64,000 nucleotides of DNA from Eledone cirrhosa (lineage: Eukaryota), in NCBI GenBank assembly GCA_964016885.1, contig OZ024743.1, positions 224,068,001-224,132,000 of the forward strand, written 5' to 3'. The position numbers were made by a program, and so were the translations under genes. Positions within the stretch are counted from its first letter, which is position 1. The number at the start of each line of letters is the position of its first letter. Below the pieces are notes generated by a model that saw only the letters and a list, made by a program, of their open reading frames with translations, made no database searches and had not been told where the DNA came from. Below, piece after piece: positions 52,749 through 64,000 of this stretch.

Positions 52749-55224
52749 TTACAGATATATACTCAGAGTAGGCCCATTCACTCGGGCCATACTTGCTTCT
52801 CTCACCCATCTTTCAACAAAATGCTGGGAAGAGAGCACTTCCTTCTCTACTCTGATTTTCCTTTTCAAATGAAATTTAAAAAAGTCAATCAGAGCATCAC
52901 CGAAGAGGTAAGTGCTCGTCTTCAGCCCTTTCAAACGTGTCCACCATACTATCTCTTTCGTCATGGCCACCAGACAGATAAAAACTGCCTGCCCTTCCCG
53001 GCTAAAGGAGGAGGGCGGGGCAATCCTCACGATGGACTCAGATGATAGCCGGATCCGTCCTAAACGCGACAGCAGGTGTTCGACATAAACCCACAAGTCA
53101 GAAATTTTCGGACATTGGACGAGTGCGTGCAGGACGGTTTCGTCGCCCTGCGCGCATCTCGAACATGCCCGGCTGACGGCACCTCCATGCCTGTAGAGTT
53201 TATCCCGAACTGGCAAGGATCCTCGGTAGCACTGCCAGGCCAGAGATTTCTGGAAGTTGTCCATAGGCCCTGGCCCGAAAGTTCTTCCGAAGAGATTGGC
53301 TAGTTGATTTTCGTCGACGCCTAGAGTTTCCCCAAGTACGTCGTCGCTCTTCCCCTCCACTAATCCTCTATAGAACGCCGAGGTGGAGTTTCCACCGATC
53401 ACATTGCCCGATTGGTCGAGGGCTGTGAGCGCCTGAAGACATTCCAGTCTCCAGGCGCTCCCTCTCGGTCTTCGCCCAGGACTGCAGCTCCGTCAAGGAA
53501 ACGAGCTGGGGAAATACGTGTCTAGCAAACGGCGACCACACCTGATCACCGTCGAGGAAGAGGTGGAGATGTCGTAGCCTGAGCGCGTGCCTGCGCATCA
53601 TCAGCCACGGCATGCCCAGCCCTCCACGTAGCGGGTGTTGACAACAGATGGAGCGCCTGACCATCGGAGCGCGTCCCTTCCACAAAAAGCGAAAGAGCAA
53701 ACGCTCCAGCGCAGTCAGGCGAGGCTTAGGACAAGGTACGACGGTCAGGCGGTAGCAGATGACGGACGCGATGTACGCGTTAGCCACCTCCGCTCGACCT
53801 TTCGGGGATATCTTCCTCTCCGCCCATTTCTGGGTGAGAGAAGCCACCCTGCTCGTCACCTCGTCCCAGTTTTTGTCCGTCTTGAGGTCCGCACCGAACC
53901 AGACCCCTAGCAATTTAACCGGTCCGTCCGTCCAGCGTCCGACGACGCTGTTGGACAGCATGGACCTGCCTCTCCAGGTGCCGAGCTGCAGGCCCACTGA
54001 CTTTTCCTGGTTAATCATTGCTCCTGTCACCGCTTCGTATTCTCTTAGTGTAGTGCCGATCGCCTCGATGTGTTTGGCGTTCGACACCACTACGGTGACA
54101 TCGTCCGCATATGCTGACACGGATCTTCCGCATCCTAGTTCGCGCGGGACGCCCCTCAACGTCTCCAGTTTGTGCAGTAATGGCTCGAGAGTCAATACGT
54201 ACAAGAGGGACGAGAGGGGGCACCCTTGGTGGACCGAGCGCATGATGTTGAACGGTTCCGACAGGTGACCGTTCACTCTCACCACAGAGCAGATGTCGCT
54301 GTGCATGGCAGCGATCCAGCCTCTGAAGACGGGCCCAAAGCCAGCCGCCCTCAGGACTGCCGCTAGGTAACGATGGTCGACCCTATCGAAAGCTTTCGAC
54401 TGATCTAAATTGATCAAGGACCCACCCGTGCCAGGTTCCCTAGCTACCCTCTCTACGATGTATCGCATGAGGTGGAGGTTGTCGTGGATGGATCTGTCGG
54501 GAATGGCGCATGTCTGCGCCTCTCCCACCAGACCACCAACGACAAGCGCCAACCTCTTTGCTAGCACCTTGGCCAAAATCTTGAACTCTGTGTTTAGCAG
54601 AGTTATGGGCCGGAAATTATCTATGTTATCCCCCTTGTTCGTATCCTTTCTCAGCAGTGCCACCGCTCCTCGGCTCACAGAACTGGGAATTCTCCCGTTC
54701 TGTTGCCAGTTGCAGTAGCATCATTGTCAACTGCCTATCCGCTATCCTTCCCTATCCGCTAATCCCACACAGTCCCAGCGTGCATCTAAGATCCCGTTCC
54801 AGTCGCCCACTAACACTAAAGAGCGGGACGTTCCAAGAAAGGTCTCCAGACGCCGGAAGAAATCAGGCCGCCCTGCTCCTGTCGGGGCATAGACGTCCAC
54901 TAGCCTGAAAGCTTGCCCGTCTCCGCTGGTCACGTCCAGCACCACCAGCTTACCCTCTGGGTCCAGGAAGATGGCCCGTATGGCGAGATCCAAACCTCTC
55001 CGAAAAAGCACAGCAACTCCTCCCCCCGATCCAGGACGGCTGGGAGATGCGTACACATCGTAGCCGCCGAAGATCGGTGCGAAGGCCCGTGCTTCGGAGA
55101 TTCTGGTCTCGCTGATGGCCACTACATCTATATTTAGTGACCTGAGGTCGTTGAGCAGGTGACCCTGCTTCCATGACGACCCGAAGCCACGCGCATTTAT
55201 GCTGCCTATTCTGAGTGAGGTCAT
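52749..55224 (-). pseudogene. Tx1 ORF2 lacking ~950 bp between the endonuclease and RT
   Basis: ORFs 54742-55224, 53368-54678 and 52749-53402. Confidence 0.92.
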
Positions 55225-55588
55225 GTTTAAAATAGAGTGGAAAAGATGGGAAAGACCACTTACCGTACTTTTCGTAGAGGAGGGATGGTTTTTACATCCC
55301 TTTTCACTTGATCGTCTGGTGAAGGGACCGTTGAATCGTCCCTTCGGCTGGTCGTCGGCTCTTCTATGAGTATGTCCGAATATACTCTTCGATTGATAGT
55401 TCCTCCTAGGTCCCTGAAATCACCAACTGCGTTGGGGAATTTCGTTTTAATGTCTGTGTATTGTTTCTGTGCTATTTTTAGCAGTCTTATGTTAGTTGGC
55501 GTTTTGATTGGTGCTGGTATTATGTAGACGTGTTGTGAAATGTCTGTGTGTTCAATTATGTAAGTCATTAGTTTCTTGTTGTGTGTAT

Positions 55589-57400
55589 TTATTGCCGTGC
55601 ATTTGTTTTTCTGGGGGTCGGGTGTGGTTCTGCTATTTTCTTGTCGTTGTTGCTGGGTGTGTGTGTTTTGTTGTTGTGTTTGCGATGTTGGTGCTTGTGG
55701 TGTGGTGTTGAAGGTGTTGTTGGCGGTGGGGTTTTCTCCGGTGGTGATGGTGGTGCTAGTGTGGGTGGTGATGGTGTTGGTGGTGTTGCTGCTGTGAGTC
55801 TCTTTGCAGTAGACTTTACCCTTTTCTCATTTCTTTCCTCCCTTTTCAAAGGCGACGATGCGCTGCTTCTGCGTTTGTGCCTTCTTACGACCTTTTGCCA
55901 TCCCTCTCCCACCTCACACTCCATGTCTGATTCTGTGAGGTCGGGGAGAGGTACCAGCTCCACTCTTTCACTTGTTGTTGTTGGTGATGTTTGCACTGGA
56001 GTCTCTGTTGCAGCTGCATTTGGTATTGCTGTTGTTGTTGTTAATATTTCCACTGCTGCTGCTGTTCTTGATTTCCGTGGCGTGGGTATGGGTGCCACGG
56101 ACCTATCGTTCCTGGTTGCCGCTTGTCCTGTTGCTGGTAGCCGTGGAGCCGGTTTCGGAAGGAGGGGGGTTTTCTCCTTTCTCAGGGTCTTCTCGTTGCA
56201 GAAGGCCCTGAGGTGAGTCTTCGATCCACAGCGAAAGCATTTCGGGCGTTTGCCCTCAACACTTATGGGCAGTTGAGTGCCGTTATCGAAGTCTATCACA
56301 TCCGGGATAGCTTCGATGCACTCCTGGTTGGTTTGGATTAACATCTCAATGGAGGTGCCGACCCAATCTTCTCTTACTTTTTTCTGTACTTGCAGTACAG
56401 TTGTTTTGTCCTCGATTCCGACGAGGACAGACGCGGCCAGCCAAGAAGGGGCCATCCCGGGGGGGACGTGGGTCAGTTTGACCCTCACAATTTTTTGCCC
56501 GCAGTAGGAGGGCACCAACACCATTTCCTCGCTCCTTAGGGTCACTACGGATTGAGCCTTTGCCTCCTGGGGTGTGGCAAAAAGTACGTCTACGGTGGCA
56601 TATTTTTTGCCTCGGATGATGTGCGTTTTTCGCTGCCACACAGACCCCAAGGCTTTTTGTATTTGAGCCTCTGTGGCTCTTTCAACCCTACGGGATTTTG
56701 TACTTACTGTACGGTACGTGACCGTACAGTGCTGTTGGGTTTCGAAAAATTTTTCCGCTGCCTTGCAGATTGCTCGGTGTCCAGTCTTTGTCACCATCTT
56801 CTTCGCTTCCTCTAATTCCTCATTTGTTATGAGGATTGTTTCCAGGTTCTTCGCGATACCTGCAAACGAGATTGGTTTTTCTTTGCTGCTGTTGTTGTTG
56901 TTGTCGTCAGAGCTGCTGTTACTTTTGTTGTTGCTGCAGGTACTACGACTACTGCCTCCGCCGCTGTTGCTGTGGTTGTTGTTGGTGTTGCTGCTGCTAA
57001 TGCTGTTGTTGTTTATGCTGCTGGTGATGCTGTTGCGGCTGCTACTGTTGTTTTCATTGTCACTGTTGCTGTTGTTATTACGGCTGCTACTGCTATTATT
57101 CCTGACGTCAGACGAATGAAATGGGTTTTCGTATTTCCCGCACACCTGTTTCGTCGTTGTCGTCGTCGTCGTCGTGGAGAAACCTTGCATGCTTTGCACG
57201 AGACTTTTCTTTTCTGTCGTCGCTTGCGAAAGAGAAGGGAGGGAGAGAGACACATTTAAAGAAGGGAGGGAGAGAGACAATCTTCTCTCTGCTGTAGTGA
57301 TGATTGGGGAAGAAGAAGACGGAATGAGTGGGAGTGACCTATGAAAATTCTTTTTCGTAGCCATGTTGTTTTTTTTGTTTAAAATAAATATTGGGCACAA
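55589..57400 (-). CDS. Tx1 ORF1 (Asn/Ser-rich N-terminus, CCHC knuckle); C-terminus probably continues in 55260-55568
   Basis: 603-aa ORF, CFRCGSKTHLRAFC, homologous to 26269-27324. Confidence 0.8.
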   Translation of the reverse strand: MCPIFILNKKNNMATKKNFHRSLPLIPSSSSPIITTAERRLSLSLPSLNVSLSLPSLSQATTEKKSLVQSMQGFSTTTTTTTTKQVCGKYENPFHSSDVRNNSSSSRNNNSNSDNENNSSSRNSITSSINNNSISSSNTNNNHSNSGGGSSRSTCSNNKSNSSSDDNNNNSSKEKPISFAGIAKNLETILITNEELEEAKKMVTKTGHRAICKAAEKFFETQQHCTVTYRTVSTKSRRVERATEAQIQKALGSVWQRKTHIIRGKKYATVDVLFATPQEAKAQSVVTLRSEEMVLVPSYCGQKIVRVKLTHVPPGMAPSWLAASVLVGIEDKTTVLQVQKKVREDWVGTSIEMLIQTNQECIEAIPDVIDFDNGTQLPISVEGKRPKCFRCGSKTHLRAFCNEKTLRKEKTPLLPKPAPRLPATGQAATRNDRSVAPIPTPRKSRTAAAVEILTTTTAIPNAAATETPVQTSPTTTSERVELVPLPDLTESDMECEVGEGWQKVVRRHKRRSSASSPLKREERNEKRVKSTAKRLTAATPPTPSPPTLAPPSPPEKTPPPTTPSTPHHKHQHRKHNNKTHTPSNNDKKIAEPHPTPRKTNARQ

Positions 57401-57580
57401 AACCCCAATAAGCAGTTATTTAACCCCGAAGGGCCAAATAAAGGGCAGAAAGACCCCTCTCACGAGGAGGAGGATGTTTTTGTCTACAAGTTCGTTAAAG
57501 TTTTAAACAATTTACAATTGTTATAGCGTTCAAAATTTACAATACCTTACAGAGCCGAGCCTCCGTCAACCATAGCATTC

Positions 57581-57630
<50 letters not shown>

Positions 57631-57631
<1 letters not shown>

Positions 57632-58162
57632 TGTTTCTACTTTAGGCACAAGGCCAGCAATTACCCAGTGCATTACTGGTACTTTATTTTATCGACTCCG
57701 TAAGGATGAAAGGCAAAGTCAACCTCGGCGGGATTTGAACTAAACATTGAACATGGCGGACCTTGTTGTCTCTTGAGGTCATTGGTTATGACTTGGTGAT
57801 AATTCGTATGAACATAAAGCAAGATAAATGAAATAATAATAATTGTTTCTTCTTTTGGCACAAGGCCAGCAAATTACTCAGTGCATTACTGGTACTTTAT
57901 TTTATCGACCCCGTGAGGATGAAAGGCAAAGCTAACCTCGACGGGATTTGAACTCAGACCGTAAAGGGACGTAACTATGCTGGAAAGCATGGCGTCCAAC
58001 CCTCTACCGAAACTGCCAATTCAATAATAATAATAATAATTGTTTCTACTTTTAAGCACAAGGCCAGCAATTACCCAGTGCATTACTGGTACTTTATTTT
58101 ATCGACCCCGTAAGGATGAAAGGCAAAGTTAACCCCGGCAGGATTTGAACTCAACTTTTGGC

Positions 58163-58240
<78 letters not shown>

Positions 58241-58280
58241 ACGGCTCTTGCCATTCTGAGTTCAAATCCCGTCGAGGTTA
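57631..58280. mobile_element. Cluster of SINE copies (57631-57741, 57843-58021, 58040-58153 minus; 58236-58280 plus) with a Dong 3' UTR fragment (57747-57830 plus)
   Basis: Direct similarity to the SINE consensus and to 49787-49870. Confidence 0.88.
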
Positions 58281-58532
58281 TATATATATATAGTTTCGTT
58301 GACAAATATATCAATGTGCCCAGACACGCAGATATATTGCCCTTGGTATGACAGTGTGGTTTTAGCTCAATGTAGGATAACCAGTATACTACAGAGCCGT
58401 TATAATTATAGGAATAACCAAAGAGTGCTTAGAAATACATTGTTTTATTAGCTAACAGTTTTCATCAAAATCCATGAGGCTGAAAATCAGCCCCATGGAT
58501 TTTATCTATTATATTCCTTTGTTATATTTCGA

Positions 58533-58590
58533 ATACCTGATGATGTCACCGGATTCATACTGAACCCGGTCATTGAAATGATCATAGTAT
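58533..58590 (+). ncRNA. Type I hammerhead motif
   Basis: atac-CTGATGA-..accggattca/tac/tgaacccggt..-GAAAT-gatc-ATA-gtat followed by AATAAA; palindromic stem III. Confidence 0.75.
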
Positions 58591-59178
58591 AATAAACCTT
58601 TTAAGGATTTACACTACTCCAGCCTCCTGTTATCTTATAATAATTAACTCCGTACTCGCACCAACTACACAAACGAAGACGGGTGAGTTGCATTACGTTG
58701 AGTGCTCTCCATAATATCGCATCGAGGTTGGCCATACGGAATGACCAGTGCTATCCATTGGTGAACCAAGAAACCTAAATAAATAAATAAATATGTATAT
58801 ATATATGGGATAACAAGTTATCGTTATAGCTAATCCAGTTAAAGGTTGTGAGTACTCTGTATTGTGGATAGTTTTAACGTACGGCGTTGTTTGACTCAAC
58901 AAGAGGTTTTCATAGTTAGGTAGCGAGTTCGCGAGAATTCCTATGCAGGTTATACTTGGTTATATAGTGAAAGATTGAAGAATAACATTGTCGGCTGTAC
59001 AAAAAGGGTTTCATTTCAAGTATTAACAATTGTTTCATTGATCAGGTGAATCTAAAGGCCGCTAATCACTCGAAGTCGCGTCACTCGACCTTAAATACAG
59101 TGTTTACCTCTGATCAAATCATCGGAATAAATCAAATTGTTTAAAACTACAAGTGAAGTCATTCTTTTCCACTTTTCG

Positions 59179-59211
<33 letters not shown>

Positions 59212-59975
59212 ATGTGTGTGTGTGTATGTGTGTGTGTGTATGCGCGCGTGTGCGTGCGCGTGTGTATGTAGTATTTTTATCTACCTCAATATGTATGTAT
59301 GTGTTTGTATGTGGGAGCGTGAGTGTGTGCGTATTTGTGTAGGGGCGAGTGTGTGTATATGTGTGTATATATGTATCTCTGTGTGTGTGTATGTGTTTAT
59401 TTTTTCCTTACTTCATTCTACTCTAGTTTTCACTCTTCTATTTCTAACTTGCATTGTATCAGCTTTCCCAAAACAATCATAACCACATACCTCACAATGC
59501 TCCTTTATAAGTTATACTGCTCTATATATAACTATATGACATCTAAATTATGTCCACATACAGCTAAAGAAATAAAACTATCGCAACCGTTCAGCCACAA
59601 GTTTGATGTTTGTCGGATAATAGCACTATCAATTTAATCTGTCAATATCGTAAATATCAACGCGTGTGTGTGTGTATGTGTGTGTGTGTGTGTGTGCATG
59701 TGTGTGTGTTTGCGTGTGCGTGTATGTGCGTGTGTGCGTGTGTGTGTGTGCATGTGCGTGTGTGGTGTGTCAGATTATGTGTAAATCTAATTATTTGTCA
59801 GTATGTTTATATCTCTTACGTCTTTACCTTTCATATATTTACATAAATGGGTGTTTGCTTGCTTCAGTGTGCGTGTGAGTGAGAGTGTGTGTGTGTATGT
59901 GTGTGTGTGCGTATGTGTGTGCATGTGCATGTGTGTGTATGTGTTGAAATAAAAGAACTCCTCTGTGTGTGAGAT

Positions 59976-60078
59976 GTGTATGTGGCCCAAAAATGTATAC
60001 TTACTTTGATTACCTGTACAGGCAATATTTATTAGAATGCTGTTGAAGTGTGCATACGCTTTTGGGGGACACCCTATA
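59976..60078. mobile_element. Possible decayed Tc1/mariner MITE
   Basis: cccaaaaatgtatacttactt versus aagtgtgcatacgcttttgggggacaccctata imperfect inverted ends. Confidence 0.4.
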
Positions 60079-60319
60079 TTTATGCGTGTGGGTTAATACA
60101 TGTGTTGCGTGTGTATGTATGTAAGAGAGGTGTTGGTACTTGCATATATACAAGTCACTGTTAGAGTAAATGTTATGAATATAAAGTCCAGTATTGGTGA
60201 AAACGTGTATGTGCCATTGTGCATATGTACATACATTTCAGTATGTGTATGTGTGTACGCACAAGCCTGTGGCTATAAGTATGTATGTATGTATTTATGC
60301 ATGCATGCATGCATGTATG

Positions 60320-60353
<34 letters not shown>

Positions 60354-60474
60354 TGTATGTATGTATGTATGTATGTATGTATGTATATATCTATGTATGT
60401 ATGTATACATGCATGATTATGTGTATGTATTTATAAGTATGTATGAATGCATGTGTATGTAGGTGAATATAATT

Positions 60475-60547
<73 letters not shown>

Positions 60548-60614
60548 GCATATGCATGTATGTATGTATGTATGTATGTATGTATGTATGTATGTATGTA
60601 TGTATGTATGTAGT

Positions 60615-61350
60615 GTGAAGTTCGTGAGTTTGATTCCCGAGGGCGTGTTGTGTCCTTCAGCAAGACATTTTATTTCACGTTGCTCAAGTCCACACAGCTG
60701 AAAGAATATGATGTTCCCTTAATTCAAAAGGCCTACGTTGTTAAACACTGTGTCACGTTGAATCTTCCTGAGAACTACATTAAGGGTAGTCGTTTCTATG
60801 GAATGATCAGCCACTTGAACCTTCATTTCACGTGCAAGCTTTTCCATTGGTCTAACCATTGGAACACTCATCGCCGAAACCAACGGAGGTGCAACGCAAC
60901 ATATATGTGGTATCTTTGGTAAATGTCCTCTACAATAGTCTCGAGTTATATGAGGGAACTGGGTAAAACAAAAACTGTATGGAAGTCCATCAAATGAACT
61001 ATTCAATTCTCGGATGGAATACTAAACCCGCCACCCTGCTTACCGTCACCACCACTTGTCCCTTGGGTACCTTCAGCAGAGTCCACTCTGAGAATATTCT
61101 AATACAGAGGTGGTTACTCACTACATCTACTACAGTGAAATGGCACAGATTAGTGTTTACTGTTCTAGTTTTGCAATCGTAATGTCGTAGGTTAGATTCC
61201 AGGACCGGGCAGCCCGGTGTGTTCTTGAGCAAAACACTTCATTTCACGCTGCTCCACTGAAGTCAGTTGAAAAATGCGTACTAACGGTGATTGGGGGTCA
61301 ACCGTGCGATAGACAGACATCTCGTTGCTTAACGTCAATGAAACTGGGAT
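60615..61350 (+). mobile_element. Two decayed copies of a second SINE family
   Basis: B-box-like gtttgattccc/gttagattcc followed by tgt.c/ttgagcaa.aca.tt.atttcacg.tgctc, as in 63676-64000. Confidence 0.65.
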
Positions 61351-61436
61351 AAGCTAATGAACCTCTAGGCACGAGAGAAAAAAGGCCTATCACCCACGGA
61401 GGCACAACAAAAGATCATGAGCACAGATCATTATAT

Positions 61437-61547
61437 TGAGTTCAAATCCCGCCGGGGTTAACTTTGCCTTTCATCCTTACGGGGTCGATAAAATAAAGTA
61501 CCAGTAATGCACTGGGTAATTGCTGGTCTTGTGCCAAAAATAGAAAC

Positions 61548-61551
<4 letters not shown>
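61437..61551 (+). mobile_element. 5'-truncated SINE
   Basis: B box to tail of the dominant family. Confidence 0.88.
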
Positions 61552-61595
<44 letters not shown>

Positions 61596-61731
61596 AAGAG
61601 TTAAACAAAATCAATGAGTATATCAAAGAATGAGTTTTACAGTAGATTGGAAGCACTCTACGATAAAATAATTTTCCAGGGTTATTAATATTAGAATATT
61701 AATAAAATAGATGTTCTTTTGATCAGTTACA

Positions 61732-61782
61732 TTCTATTATACATATTTCGGATGTACAACAGTACGTCCTCATCAGACAAAA
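61732..61782 (-). ncRNA. Type I hammerhead motif
   Basis: Sense: ttttgt-CTGATGA-ggacgtac/tgtt/gtacatcc-GAAA-tatgta-TA-atagaa. Confidence 0.75.
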
Positions 61783-61889
61783 TATAATGATACATGACAT
61801 ACCCTGAGATATTAAATGGTTAAGATTTAATCAAGGTATATATATATATATCGTCGAAGTGTATATTTTTTTTTGGTGCAATACTTCCT

Positions 61890-61976
<87 letters not shown>

Positions 61977-62128
61977 AACTCAAAATGTAAAGAGTGGTGT
62001 CTAAATACTTTAAGGCTAGTAGTAACAGTCATACTATAAAAATGCACAATACATGGAAATAGTTTTAAATTTACCTTAACACGCTTCCAGATCGCTGGGC
62101 TTGTTTTCCGGCATATTGTTTTATCCCT

Positions 62129-63285
<1,157 letters not shown>

Positions 63286-63675
63286 TAATTAGTTAGTTAA
63301 GTCCTGCAAATTTGCATTCTAGCTAAGAGATTAAAAGAACGGTAGCCAACCTCCGACCCGTTTGATTTTCTGAATAGCATGTGTTATTTCAAAATTGCCT
63401 TGAATCTTTTAGTAGTGTGGCCTGCCCTTTGATGAGCCACATCCTATGCGACCCACTACTCGAAAAGTGTTGCGCATGCCTACTTAAAATACGTACGCAC
63501 ACCATTATGTGTGTGGGGGGGGCGTATGTGTGTGTGCGTGTGTGTGTGTGTTTGTGTGCGTGTGTGTGTGTTGCATGCATGTAGATGTGTGTTTGTTTAG
63601 CGTACAAGCACACACACACAAGACAACACAACTGACATACCCACATACCCAACGATAACGTTATTTTAAACATAT

Positions 63676-64000
63676 GTGGCTCGGTCGTTAATGTTCGGCT
63701 CACGATCGTAACGTCGTGGATTCGATTCCCGGACCGAGAGGAGCGGTGTATCTTTGAGCAAGGCATTATATTTCATGCTTGGATTGGCAGTATCGGTGGA
63801 GGGTCGGACGCCATGCTTTGCAGCATAGAGTTACGGCCCTTTATGATCTGAGTTCAAATCCCGCCGAGGTTAACTTTGCCTTTCATCCTTACGGGGTCGA
63901 TAAAATAAAGTACCAGTAATGCACTGGGATAATTACTGGCCTTGTGCCTAAAGTAGAAATAATTATATTTCATGCTGCACCATTCCACTCAGCTGGAAAA
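63676..64000 (+). mobile_element. Second-family SINE interrupted by a dominant-family SINE (63780-63961) with 15-bp TSD
   Basis: TSD attatatttcatgct at 63765-63779 and 63962-63976. Confidence 0.9.

Larger units (their letters stand above)
52499..57580 (-). mobile_element. Tx1-clade LINE (copy C) in (ATT)n with an internal ORF2 deletion
   Basis: ORF2 pieces near-identical to copy A; (AAT)n at 52474-52498 and 57581-57630. Confidence 0.93.

Overview
Eukaryotic, AT-rich, almost entirely repeat-derived sequence. The dominant tRNA-derived SINE suggests an octopod cephalopod (recognition, not a search result). No host gene can be supported. Contents: several Penelope-like elements (PLEs) and short non-coding PLE-type units sitting in (TA)n tracts, about a dozen hammerhead-ribozyme motifs, a decayed Rep/Pif1 Helitron (~16.9-23.2 kb), three near-full-length and one truncated Tx1-clade LINE in (ATT)n or (TATC)n tracts, R4/Dong-type RLE LINE fragments at (TAA)n, an RTE and a Tc1/mariner remnant, more than 10 SINEs (several with clear TSDs) and large palindromes. 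The most striking observation is a ~100-nt RNA motif present in three diverged copies (6458-6562 minus, 8789-8889 plus, 10891-10993 plus). It carries all hammerhead core elements in exact register, but in the order NUH, then GAAA, then CUGAUGA, which is not a circular permutation, and it shows compensatory changes in five helices. Each copy lies in a non-coding ~0.5-0.6 kb terminally redundant retroelement. Coordinates were read by eye and may be off by a few bases.
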